Source: a virus
DNA: 64,000 nt
Virus record (IMG/VR): IMGVR_UViG_3300021511_000005
Span: 1 to 64,000 of that record
Strand: one strand, 5' to 3'
Shown: positions 1-9,468 of the stretch, piece by piece
Position numbering within the stretch: the first letter of the stretch is position 1
How the letters are laid out: every line of letters begins with the position of its first letter
Notes under the pieces: generated by a model
The model's input: the letters and a program-made list of their open reading frames with translations, nothing else
Database searches by the model: none
Told to the model about the DNA's origin: nothing
Translations under genes and position numbers: made by a program

Positions 1-2310
1 ATGACCGAGTTCCAGGCCACTGGCGCGCCGGGGGTCTACTACTACGCTTGGACTCCTCCAAGCGGCGATGATGACGTCTACGTGGGCTACGTCCGAGACA
101 GCTCCGCCACGGCCAAGAACGTCCCACAGACCTGCGAGGTCTACGTGGGCGGATGGGCCGACCAAATCAACGATATGGACACCCGGCTCCCCAGCGATCC
201 GGCGGATGAGTCGCTGCAGCAGGCGGCCCACGCTGCGACTCAGGCGGACATCGCGGCGCTTAATGACCTGGACCAGGCCGGCGTCCAGGCCGCCTTGACA
301 GCTCAGGGCTACACCGCGGCGCGGGCTCCCAACCTCGATAACCTCGATGCGGCGGTGAGTACCAGGGCCACACCGGCTCAGGTCAAGACACAGGCGGACC
401 AGGCCCTGGTGGATTACGACCCACCCACGGCGGCCGAGCTGAACACCGTGGAGGACAACATCCGCGGCGCCGACAATCGGGATTTGTCCGAGCTGGCGGG
501 TGCGGGTTTCAACGCGGCCACCGACACGTTAGAGGAGATTCGGGACGCGGTGGACGGGATCGCGGTGAGCGGGGATTGGACGACGGCCGAGAAGAACCAG
601 ATCCGCTTCCGCCTGGCGATGGATGGTCCCCAGACCGATCCCACCACGGGAACCGGGACCCTGGAGGACATCTTGGCGGACACGGACGCCATCGATTCCC
701 GGCTTCCCAGCGATCCGGCGGATGAGTCGCTGCAGCAGGCAGCCCACGCCGCAACCCAAGCGGATATCGCGGCTCTGAATGACTTGAGTCAGGCGAATGT
801 GCAGGCGGCTATGTCCGCTCAGGGATACACGGCAGCCCGCGCCCCCAACTTGGACAACCTGGACGCGCCAATCAGCGGTCGCGCGGTGCCCGGGGATGCC
901 ATGACCTTGACTGCTGGTGAACGGTCAGCCATCGAAGCGGCGTTGGCGGCCATCCATGGCGGTGGGAGCTGGGAGACGGCGGTGGCCACAGTCGATTGGA
1001 CGCCAGCTGAGAAGGACGCGATTCGTGAGGCTTTGGGCGTGCCGGGAGCAAAGGCCGGCGCGGCCGGAGGGCATCTCCAGGATGTGCTCACCGATACGGC
1101 CGCCATCGATGGGCGGCTTCCCGTGGACCCGTCGGATGAGAGCAACCAGAACGCGAATCATAACGCTACGCAGCTCCTGATCGCCGCGCTCAATGATCTG
1201 GACCAGGCCGGCGTCCAGGCCGCGCTGACGGCTCAAGGTTATACAGCGGGGCGTGCGGCGGCCTTGGACAACCTGGACGACGCAGTGACGTCACGGGCGG
1301 CTCCTGGGGACGCCATGGCCTTGGTGCCCAATGCTGTGGATTCAACGGCGCTGGCGGCCTCTGCGGCGACTGAGATCGCCAATGAGGTGGAGTCCGTGCA
1401 GGCGGGTGTCCATGGGGGCGGAAGCTGGGAAACGGCCGCGCCGGCGACCGGGGACTGGACCAGTGGCGAGCGGGAGCAGATCCGGGATGCTTTGGGAGTG
1501 GCAGGCGCCAAGACGGCAGCCACGGGTGGTCAGCTCCAGGAGGTCAAGACGGCTGCGGAGGCCGTGGATACTCGGCTGCCGGCGGATCCGGCGGATGAGT
1601 CGCTGCAACAGGCCAGCCACGCCCAGACTCAGGCGGACATCGCGGCGCTGGAAGACCTGTCTCCGGCGCAGGTGGCGGCGGTCTTCAACAGTCAGGGTTA
1701 CACGACGATCCGCGCCGCCGGGCTCGATGATACCAAGGCGGCAGCGGAGGCCGTGGACGCGCGGCTACCGGCGGATCCGGCGGATGAGTCCAACCAGTTG
1801 GCGGCTCATGCGCAGACCCAGGCGGACATCGCGGCTCTGGAGAATCTGAGTTCCGCCCAGGCGGAAGCGGCCTGCGATGCTGCTTTGACGTCGTATGACG
1901 GGCCGACCAAGGCCGAGTTGGACACTGTCGAATCGAATCTTGCCGCGGGCCACGCGACGACTCAGGCAGCAATTGCGGGGTTAGAGGACTTGGCGGCGAC
2001 AGACATCTTCGTGGTCAAGCAGACCTACGCCTACGATAGCGGAGGAGATGTCCTGGTGGGGCTGATCTGGGTAGAGGATGGGTCGGGCGCGATCGTCACT
2101 CCCACCAGTGTCAGTGTGGATCTCAAAGATGCGGATGACACGCTGCTGTTCAATCTGACGGATGCGAGCCCGGATGCTTCGGGCTTCTTCAAGGTGGAGC
2201 AAGCTGCCCCGGGCTTCGCCACGGGCCAGGCCATCAAGGCTGTGGCGGACGTGGTGGTTCCGGTGGTGGGGACGCTGAGCAGCGGATACGGGATGTTCTC
2301 CATTGGCTAG
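1..2310 (+). CDS. Repeat-rich putative virion structural protein (may be 5'-truncated by the window edge)
   Basis: 769-aa Ala/Asp-rich ORF with five copies of DxRLPxDPxDESxQ...TQxxIAALxxL plus other interleaved repeats; lies directly upstream of the neck genes. Confidence 0.6.
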   Translation: MTEFQATGAPGVYYYAWTPPSGDDDVYVGYVRDSSATAKNVPQTCEVYVGGWADQINDMDTRLPSDPADESLQQAAHAATQADIAALNDLDQAGVQAALTAQGYTAARAPNLDNLDAAVSTRATPAQVKTQADQALVDYDPPTAAELNTVEDNIRGADNRDLSELAGAGFNAATDTLEEIRDAVDGIAVSGDWTTAEKNQIRFRLAMDGPQTDPTTGTGTLEDILADTDAIDSRLPSDPADESLQQAAHAATQADIAALNDLSQANVQAAMSAQGYTAARAPNLDNLDAPISGRAVPGDAMTLTAGERSAIEAALAAIHGGGSWETAVATVDWTPAEKDAIREALGVPGAKAGAAGGHLQDVLTDTAAIDGRLPVDPSDESNQNANHNATQLLIAALNDLDQAGVQAALTAQGYTAGRAAALDNLDDAVTSRAAPGDAMALVPNAVDSTALAASAATEIANEVESVQAGVHGGGSWETAAPATGDWTSGEREQIRDALGVAGAKTAATGGQLQEVKTAAEAVDTRLPADPADESLQQASHAQTQADIAALEDLSPAQVAAVFNSQGYTTIRAAGLDDTKAAAEAVDARLPADPADESNQLAAHAQTQADIAALENLSSAQAEAACDAALTSYDGPTKAELDTVESNLAAGHATTQAAIAGLEDLAATDIFVVKQTYAYDSGGDVLVGLIWVEDGSGAIVTPTSVSVDLKDADDTLLFNLTDASPDASGFFKVEQAAPGFATGQAIKAVADVVVPVVGTLSSGYGMFSIG

Positions 2311-2662
2311 CCTCTTCTCATACGGAAGCCGGACTTCCCAGGCTCTTCACCTGACGTCGTCACTGCCGACGGGGACACTTATCGGTGGTGGGGGATGGGT
2401 GGTTCAGCCGTTGCCAGTGCCGGTCTTTGTACCTCCAGATCCGCCGATTCCGCTTCCACCAGGGTTGCGACCGTACATCAGGGATTCTCTGCTCCTGGCC
2501 CCCCGCATTACCGGGACCGAGCCGTCCGAGCCACGGCCGCGTATCAGCGAGTCCCTAGCACTGCGTCCCCGGGTTTCAACGAAGGACGACGGCGACCGTC
2601 CCCGGATCAAGTCCACCCAGAAGCTGGTCCCTCGCATCAAGGGGACCAAGGGCCCTAATTAG
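2303..2662 (+). CDS. Small Pro/Arg-rich hypothetical protein with RPxI..S..LxPR[IV] repeats
   Basis: TTG start overlaps the upstream stop; fills the gap to the next gene; three internal repeats. Confidence 0.55.
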   Translation: MASLFSYGSRTSQALHLTSSLPTGTLIGGGGWVVQPLPVPVFVPPDPPIPLPPGLRPYIRDSLLLAPRITGTEPSEPRPRISESLALRPRVSTKDDGDRPRIKSTQKLVPRIKGTKGPN

Positions 2663-2671
2663 GAGTAGCGG

Positions 2672-3697
2672 ATGGCAACCCCCATCAAAGTCAAGATTGA
2701 GGTGGACGAGCTGGACAACGTCCTCAAGACGTTCGACCGGATCAAGGTCTACCGCTCTATCACGGGCATCAATGGGACCTACGTGGAGATCACCACCGCT
2801 GCGACGAGGATCCAACTTCAGCAGGGCGTCGAGGAGTACGAGTACGATGATCAGGCGGGCCAGACCACCTACTGGTACAAGGTCTCCTATTTCAACAGCT
2901 CGACTAGCCAAGAATCGGAGCTGTCGGATCCGCGACTGGGCGATGACCCCAGCGTGGCCAACGTTCTAACCATCTCCGAGCTGAAGGAGATCTTCCTGTT
3001 CGGGTTGGACTTGACCGACGACGCGGGAAATCCCTTCCCGGACTCCATGTTTGAGTGGGGGATCCGGAGTGCTATCGGCTTCCTGGAGCGGCGGCTGGAC
3101 ATTCGGATCACGAAGACGGTTTTCACGGAGGAGCGCTACGACTACTACCGCGGGGACTATCTCTACTGGACGATCATCAAGCTCCGGGAGTCGCCGGTCT
3201 TGTCCGTCGAGCGGGTGGCGGTCATGTGGCCGAGCAACACGGAGGTCATTGTTTTCCCGGATGAGTGGATTCAGCTCCGTCCTGATGTGGGGCAGGTGAA
3301 CATCGTCCCAACGTCGGGCACGTTGTCCCAGGTCTTGCTCACGGCCGGCGGATCCTTCCTTCCGCTGTTGGCGACGGGCCGCAACTTCGTCCCCAACATC
3401 CTGGAGGTGGACTTCACCGCCGGGTTTGCGGATGGAGAGGTCCCCCAGGAAATCCGGGATACGGTGGCTAAGTTGGCGGCCTTCGCTCCGCTCAACGTCG
3501 CCGGCGACTTGATCGTGGGAGCGGGGATCGCGTCCAAGTCCATCTCGATCGACGGCTTGAGTCAGTCCATCAACACCACCAGCTCTGCGACCAACGCCGG
3601 CTACGGAGCGCGGTTGACTCAGTACGAGAAGGAATTGAAGCGGACGATTCCGGTTCTCGAGAAGTACTACAAAGGCGTCCGCCTGTTGGCGATATAG
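2672..3697 (+). CDS. Head-tail adaptor / head completion protein with N-terminal Fn3/Ig-like domain
   Basis: AGGAG RBS; C-terminal GAGIASKSISIDGLSQSINTT motif resembles SPO1/Twort-like adaptor proteins; N-terminal YEYDD...YWYKVSY beta-sandwich pattern; first gene of the neck cluster. Confidence 0.7.
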   Translation: MATPIKVKIEVDELDNVLKTFDRIKVYRSITGINGTYVEITTAATRIQLQQGVEEYEYDDQAGQTTYWYKVSYFNSSTSQESELSDPRLGDDPSVANVLTISELKEIFLFGLDLTDDAGNPFPDSMFEWGIRSAIGFLERRLDIRITKTVFTEERYDYYRGDYLYWTIIKLRESPVLSVERVAVMWPSNTEVIVFPDEWIQLRPDVGQVNIVPTSGTLSQVLLTAGGSFLPLLATGRNFVPNILEVDFTAGFADGEVPQEIRDTVAKLAAFAPLNVAGDLIVGAGIASKSISIDGLSQSINTTSSATNAGYGARLTQYEKELKRTIPVLEKYYKGVRLLAI

Positions 3698-3706
3698 GAG
3701 GAGTCG

Positions 3707-4537
3707 ATGCCCCCGCTGGTTCCCAGGATCTCGAGCGGCCTTCCGCCGGGCATTAAGCCCAGGCCGCGGAGCGACTTCCGACCGGAGGAGTTCGACAAGG
3801 GCATTTATGAGAAGGGATACCGATTGTGGTGGAGCCGGGCGGCGATCTGTCCGTGTCAGAACAACGAACAGACGGAACAGGCGGATGTTAACTGTCCCCT
3901 GTGTAATGGAGGCCAGTACCTCTATTTCCTCCCGGACCCGGCGCTGCAACAGGGAGGGACCAAGGACGCCTTCGGCAATGACGTGGAGCTGAACGACGCC
4001 GGGGACGCTGTGATGATCCAGGCGATCATGACGAGCTTCACCAAGGACGTACAGGTCTTCGAGCGCTTCGGAGAATGGGTCTTCGGCACCAGCCGGGCCA
4101 CGACTCAGCCGGAGAATCGTCTGGGCTACCGAGACCGCCTGGTGGCGGTGGACAGTTTGATGCCTTGGGCCCAAGTCATCGAGTACGACGGCTCCGCGGA
4201 GATCGTGGTGACCGGCGGCTACAGCAAGAGGGGGCTTCGCTATCCGTTTGTGGAGGTCAACTATTTCCGCAGCGTGGAAACGGTCTTCCGCGAGGGACTG
4301 GACTTTGAGCGGACGGACGATGGGACCCTCCAGTGGCTGGGTTCCGCGGCGCCGGAGGCTGACACGCGGCTGACCATTCATGGAGCTGTGCGGCCCACCT
4401 GGATCTGCATGGACCACATGCACACGTACCGGGACACCCTGGTTGAGCGGAATGCACCGGGACCCACCCGCGCGGACCAATATAAACGGTTACCTCTGCA
4501 GATGGTGGTCAAACTCGACTTCCTTATAGAGGCTTGA
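3707..4537 (+). CDS. Head-closure (stopper) protein with Cys cluster
   Basis: AGGAGG RBS; WWSRAAICPC...CPLCNG motif typical of the second neck gene of SPO1/Twort-like myophages; synteny. Confidence 0.65.
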   Translation: MPPLVPRISSGLPPGIKPRPRSDFRPEEFDKGIYEKGYRLWWSRAAICPCQNNEQTEQADVNCPLCNGGQYLYFLPDPALQQGGTKDAFGNDVELNDAGDAVMIQAIMTSFTKDVQVFERFGEWVFGTSRATTQPENRLGYRDRLVAVDSLMPWAQVIEYDGSAEIVVTGGYSKRGLRYPFVEVNYFRSVETVFREGLDFERTDDGTLQWLGSAAPEADTRLTIHGAVRPTWICMDHMHTYRDTLVERNAPGPTRADQYKRLPLQMVVKLDFLIEA

Positions 4538-4551
4538 TAGGCTGGGACCCG

Positions 4552-5364
4552 ATGCCCCTGATTGACATCGACATCGACGAGCTGATTCCGCCATCCCTGA
4601 AGGGACTCCTGGACCATGCGGACCAGTTGGTTGAGGCTGTCCTGGACGACGTGGCCAACAGCGCCCTGATGAAGTGGCGTCAATTGGCCTCCCGAGAGCT
4701 GCATACGTCGAAAGCGGAATACCTTGATTCCTTACAGGATATCGAGGCCCGGGAGGGGGAGCGAATTTTGTCTCTGGTGGGCTGGCTCGCGGAAGCCGTG
4801 GAGACCGGCCTGGGAGCCTACGATCTGAAGGAAATCCTTCTGGCTCGTGGCGCCCGGAAGTCCGCAGCGGGCTTCAAGTATCGACCGATCCCTTTCCGCC
4901 ACGCCACCCCGGGGGCTACGACAGGGCAGGCGGGGACGGCGATGGGTTCGCAGTATGGACCCGCCAGGGTGGGCTCTTTGGCCACCCCAGGGGCTCTGAG
5001 CCGCGGTCAGGCGCGCGAACTAGGACGGAGGGTACATAGGGAGGCCAAGAAGCTCCGCGGTGGCGCCAGGCTCCGCACAGGCGCCGGAGGGGCGATCAAG
5101 CTCCACAAGCGGCATTCCACGGACCTGTTCTCCGGGATGGTCAAGCGGGCTCAGCCTAAGGCCGGTGGAGGGAAGCAGACCAGTGGCTACATGACTTTCC
5201 GCATGGTGTCGGATAACCCGGCTGTCGCGGTGACAGGTTCTGGGGAGAAGTGGCTCCATCCGGGCATCGACGCCCACAACTTCGCGGACCAGGTGGCGGA
5301 TCACGCGGCGGCGCTGGTGGCACCGGCGCTTCATCAGGCGATCCGCGGGGCGTTGGAGGGCTGA
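4552..5364 (+). CDS. Neck / tail completion protein
   Basis: Basic protein with YMTFRMVSD...WLHPG motif; lies between stopper and terminator; ATG 4552 preferred over TTG 4534. Confidence 0.6.
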   Translation: MPLIDIDIDELIPPSLKGLLDHADQLVEAVLDDVANSALMKWRQLASRELHTSKAEYLDSLQDIEAREGERILSLVGWLAEAVETGLGAYDLKEILLARGARKSAAGFKYRPIPFRHATPGATTGQAGTAMGSQYGPARVGSLATPGALSRGQARELGRRVHREAKKLRGGARLRTGAGGAIKLHKRHSTDLFSGMVKRAQPKAGGGKQTSGYMTFRMVSDNPAVAVTGSGEKWLHPGIDAHNFADQVADHAAALVAPALHQAIRGALEG

Positions 5365-5368
5365 GCCG

Positions 5369-6097
5369 ATGATGATCGAGCGCGTCCTCTACGAGGTGAT
5401 CAACGCCGGCCTGGAGTGGTACAAGGCCGATTCTGCGCGGTTTGAGCGTTTCCTGGTGGACAAGCAGGAGCTGTCCACGGAAGAGGCGGCCAAGGGGCGG
5501 ATCTACTTCGGCGGTGGAACGCTGGAAGACGGGACGGTGGTGGACGCGAAGCCGCCGACCCTGATCCATGGTTACGCGCGGACGGGCGGGCCCTTTCCCT
5601 GCTGGGCGTTGACCCTGGGCGGCGAGGTCATCGAGACCGATTATCTGGGTAAAGACGCCCCCTTCCTGGACAGCGATGGGGAGAACTTCTACGACCCCGA
5701 GACTGGCGACGTGGTGGACCCCAAGGCGCGCCGGATGAAGTACACCTTCAATATTATGGTCCACGCGGATCACCCGGACGTCTGTATCTGGTACTACCAT
5801 CTGCTGAAGACCATCGTGATGGAGAGCCAGGACACGCTCGAGGACCGTGACGTGGAGGACCTGGACTTCACCGGCCAGGACATGGCGCCGGATCCACGCT
5901 ATCTCCCCGCCGATATGTTCACCCGGCTCTTCCAGGTCAACGTCCGCGGGGATGAGGTCTGGTGCGAGCGGAGCTATCCGGCTCCTGGGCCCAAGACGAT
6001 CACGGGGCTCCACATTGATGACGATGGATCCGGGACGCCGGTCGGCGCGACCGGTGGAGAGAAGTCCCTGGTGACCCCATACACGACGGAGAGCTAG
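5369..6097 (+). CDS. Putative tail terminator protein
   Basis: Acidic 242-aa protein two genes upstream of the sheath; synteny-based call. Confidence 0.5.
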   Translation: MMIERVLYEVINAGLEWYKADSARFERFLVDKQELSTEEAAKGRIYFGGGTLEDGTVVDAKPPTLIHGYARTGGPFPCWALTLGGEVIETDYLGKDAPFLDSDGENFYDPETGDVVDPKARRMKYTFNIMVHADHPDVCIWYYHLLKTIVMESQDTLEDRDVEDLDFTGQDMAPDPRYLPADMFTRLFQVNVRGDEVWCERSYPAPGPKTITGLHIDDDGSGTPVGATGGEKSLVTPYTTES

Positions 6098-6100
6098 GCC

Positions 6101-6541
6101 ATGGCCAAGAGAACCAAGAAAGACTCCGATAAGCCCAAGGTGGAGGAGACCCCCGAGGTCATGACGTCTGCGGAGGACATCCCCAAGGACGAGCCCGAGG
6201 CGAAGCCGGAGCCGAAGAAGCCGGAACCGGTGAAGGATCGGCCAGATCTGGTGAAGGCGAAGCAGTATTTGTCCGATTTGAAGGCAGAGCCGGCGAAGCC
6301 GCCACCCCCGCGGCCGCCGGACACCCGCGCGGGCAAGCGTCCACCGCCTCCGAATCAACCGGAGCCCCGGCTGACCGCCCGCCAGTTCGTGAGGGCGCGG
6401 AAGCAGCGGTGGGAGCGTTGTGCCGGCTTCCTGTTGGACATGAAGCGGAAGGTGGGCCCCAACGCCCAGTTGACGATGCTCGAATGGGCGCCCCTGTGGG
6501 ACGCCTTCTGGAAGCGACCTGTCGGCGGCTGCCGGCGTTAG
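6101..6541 (+). CDS. Small hypothetical protein preceding the tail sheath
   Basis: GGAG RBS; Pro/Lys-rich N-half and helical C-terminal domain (CAGFLLDMK...WDAFWKRP). Confidence 0.6.
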   Translation: MAKRTKKDSDKPKVEETPEVMTSAEDIPKDEPEAKPEPKKPEPVKDRPDLVKAKQYLSDLKAEPAKPPPPRPPDTRAGKRPPPPNQPEPRLTARQFVRARKQRWERCAGFLLDMKRKVGPNAQLTMLEWAPLWDAFWKRPVGGCRR

Positions 6542-6556
6542 ACGGAGGACGAGAAC

Positions 6557-8896
6557 ATGGCACCCACATCTATCTTCTTCAACGGCCGGCTGATCAGCAT
6601 CCCGGGTTCGTACACCGAGGTCGATGCTTCCGGGCTCGAGACCGTGGGGCTGGGAGCCTCCGGTATCGTGGCTCTGGTCGGAATGTCGATCGGCGGCAAG
6701 CCCTGGACCGACGTGGGGGAGGGGTCCGTCAAGGACAACCTCCAGGTGGCAACCAACCCACAGCAGCCCTTCACCTACTTCCGCAGCGGTGACCTGAAGG
6801 AAGCCGCGGCCATTGCCTTTGGGCCGTCCAACGATGCAGACGTTCCTGGTGGTGCGGTGGAGGTCGTCTTCGTGAAGGTCAACCCATCGACTCAGTCCAC
6901 GGGGACCTTCAACAACGTGGACGGTGCGGCCTTGGTCGTGACATCTGTGGACTGGGGGTTCCACACGACCCAGATCAACATGGAGATCGGGTCCGGGACG
7001 TCCAAGGGCAAGCTGATCACGATTGTCTTCGAGAGCACCACGGAGACCTTCGACGACGTGGGCGGAGACACGGTCTTCAGTCTGCAGTACCTGTCGACCA
7101 CGCCCGCTGACGGCTTCTTGACCATCACCGCGGAGGTCAGCGCCAGCGCCTTGGTCTGCGCCTTCACGCACAAAACGGATGGCCTGGACGGCGATGTGTC
7201 GAACCAGGTCACCCCGACCCAGGCGATTGAGCTTCTCAGCTCGAGCGCTCTGGACGTGGCGGTGGTCGTGGAGCTGTATGGCACGACCACCGCGGATGCG
7301 ACCCAGCGGGCCCGGTACACGTTGACCGGGACGACCCTGATCACCACCAGCGAGACCTGGAACAGCTTCCACGGCGTCCGCGTGGTGTCCGGGACGTTGG
7401 TGGGCACGTTGACCGTCCAGAACGTTGCCGCTGCCTCCACCATCACCACCATCGCTCCGGCGGGGACGTCGAGCGGGATGGAGCCCATGGTGGACATGGT
7501 CGGCGCCGGCTCTATCGCCACCTACGTGGCGGATGCAGCGTCCACGGCGCGAGTGACCTTGGTGGGTCTATCGGCCTCCGGGACCATCCAGACGGAGACG
7601 GTCCAGCTCAACGGCACCACCCCGGTTCCGGGGACAGCGCTGTGGAGTCGGTTCGACTTCATGGCGGCCGGCGAGCTGGCGGCTGCGCGGGATGTCATCA
7701 TCAGCGGTAACGCGATTAACGCGGTCTTCGCGGGGCTCGACACGGTCCAGAAGTTGGCCGACAACATCAACGGAAAGCTGGGCTTCACCTTGACGGTGGT
7801 GGTCAGCAACCCGGCCACTTACGATCCGGCGGATCTGGATATCGTGGCGACCCCGGTGGACATCCTGTCACCGGCGACGGCGAGCTTCGGAGATGACCTG
7901 ATGGCCATCGTTCGGGCGTTGAACGATGAGTCCAGCTTGGTCACCGCGGCCCGCGGAACCCCGGGCACGGATGCGCCGGACAACACCACGGCGCCGGTCT
8001 TCCTGACGGGAGGCCACGAGGGCAGCTCCACGCCGGGCCAGGAGGCTATCCCCACGGCGTTGGCCGCCGACTGGCAGGGAGCCTTCGACCTGCTGAAGAA
8101 GGTTCGGGTCAACACGATTGTCCCCCTCACCGGTGACCCCGCGGTTCATGCGGTGGCGGATGCCCACGCGGCCTACATGGGCGGCGTAGGGCGGTCCGAG
8201 CGGGACATCTGTGTGGGGATCCAGAATGCGGCGATGGACGATGTCCCGACCAAGACGGAGCTGAAGGCTCAGATCGTCGATCTCAACAGCCGGCACGTCC
8301 GGGCTATCGCCCAGACGATTGACCGCTACAACACGGGCCTGGATGAGGAGACTTTTCAGCCCCCGTTCGCTGCGGTCCTGTTGGCCGGGATGCAGGCGGG
8401 ATCCCCAGTGGGGACCAGTCTCACCCACAAGTTCGCCAACGTCTTGAAGGTGGAGCAGGACTCCTCCTGGAACCCCGCGGATGACGCGGAGGAGCTGATC
8501 AAGGCGGGCTTGGTCATGCTCGAGTCCATCGACGGCGTGGGTCGGCGCGTGGTCCGCAATGTGACCACCTATCTGACGGACAGCAACATCGCCTACACCG
8601 AGGCCTCGGTGAACGAGGCCGCGAATCACGCGGTCTACAACTTCCGGACCACCATGGAACGGATGGTGGGCAAGCGTGGCTTCGCTGGCTCCATCGCGGC
8701 CGCGGAGGGCCTGGCGGTCAACATCCTGGGCCTGTTGGTTGGGGTTTCGCTGGTCACCTGGCGGAGCCTCACCATTGATCTGATCCTGGACGTGCTCGAG
8801 GTGAGCTGTGAGATCGCGCCGGTGCTGCCGATCAACTTCGTCCAGACCACCGTACACCTGGTCAGCGTGCCGCAGTCCGCGGCCGCCGCGGCCTAA
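6557..8896 (+). CDS. Contractile tail sheath protein
   Basis: IPGSYTEVDASGL N-terminus, LTGG..G motif, SLTHK, LIKAGL and PVLPINFVQTT C-terminus are sheath hallmarks; followed by a tube gene. Confidence 0.92.
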   Translation: MAPTSIFFNGRLISIPGSYTEVDASGLETVGLGASGIVALVGMSIGGKPWTDVGEGSVKDNLQVATNPQQPFTYFRSGDLKEAAAIAFGPSNDADVPGGAVEVVFVKVNPSTQSTGTFNNVDGAALVVTSVDWGFHTTQINMEIGSGTSKGKLITIVFESTTETFDDVGGDTVFSLQYLSTTPADGFLTITAEVSASALVCAFTHKTDGLDGDVSNQVTPTQAIELLSSSALDVAVVVELYGTTTADATQRARYTLTGTTLITTSETWNSFHGVRVVSGTLVGTLTVQNVAAASTITTIAPAGTSSGMEPMVDMVGAGSIATYVADAASTARVTLVGLSASGTIQTETVQLNGTTPVPGTALWSRFDFMAAGELAAARDVIISGNAINAVFAGLDTVQKLADNINGKLGFTLTVVVSNPATYDPADLDIVATPVDILSPATASFGDDLMAIVRALNDESSLVTAARGTPGTDAPDNTTAPVFLTGGHEGSSTPGQEAIPTALAADWQGAFDLLKKVRVNTIVPLTGDPAVHAVADAHAAYMGGVGRSERDICVGIQNAAMDDVPTKTELKAQIVDLNSRHVRAIAQTIDRYNTGLDEETFQPPFAAVLLAGMQAGSPVGTSLTHKFANVLKVEQDSSWNPADDAEELIKAGLVMLESIDGVGRRVVRNVTTYLTDSNIAYTEASVNEAANHAVYNFRTTMERMVGKRGFAGSIAAAEGLAVNILGLLVGVSLVTWRSLTIDLILDVLEVSCEIAPVLPINFVQTTVHLVSVPQSAAAAA

Positions 8897-8908
8897 GAGG
8901 AGGAAGCA

Positions 8909-9358
8909 ATGCCTGGTGAGAAGGGGAGAGTCTTCACTGGCGCACGGGCCCGGTTCCTGATCGATGGGAAGAAGGTGGGCTTCGCCACAAATGTCGCTGG
9001 ATCCGAGGAGCTGCAGCTAGACCCCCTGGAGCTACTGGACAACATCGAGGTGGACGAGTTCGTCCCGGTGGCCTACAGGGTCACCTTCACCGCCTCGCTG
9101 GTCCGTATCGTCGGGGAGACCGTCAAGTCGGAGGGCTACTTCCCGAAGTCCGGGACGTCCCCCGACGAGCACCTGACCAACATCCTCCTGATGGGGGACA
9201 TGGTCTGTGTGCTGGAGGACTCGAAGACCGGCAAGAAGGTGATGACCCTCGAGCAAGTCAAGATGGCCAGCCGGAATTTCACCGTGAACGCCAGAGGCGT
9301 CGTGGGAAAGGACGTGACCTTCGTGGCCGTCCGGATGCGTGACGAGAGCGAGGCCTGA
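8909..9358 (+). CDS. Tail tube protein
   Basis: 149 aa, beta-rich (FTGARARFLIDGKKVGFA...), directly after the sheath, GAGGAGG RBS. Confidence 0.88.
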   Translation: MPGEKGRVFTGARARFLIDGKKVGFATNVAGSEELQLDPLELLDNIEVDEFVPVAYRVTFTASLVRIVGETVKSEGYFPKSGTSPDEHLTNILLMGDMVCVLEDSKTGKKVMTLEQVKMASRNFTVNARGVVGKDVTFVAVRMRDESEA

Positions 9359-9387
9359 TTATCAACGGCGGCCTGATTATCAACGGC
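9352..9387. repeat. 18-bp perfect tandem duplication GGCCTGATTATCAACGGC x2
   Basis: Read directly at 9352-9369 and 9370-9387, spanning the tube stop codon. Confidence 0.95.
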
Positions 9388-9468
9388 GGGCTTATAGAGA
9401 TCGCTGATAATCACTGATGACCCCTTATGACGCGCTTTGGCGCGGAGACTCCCAACCGGGAGTTGACA

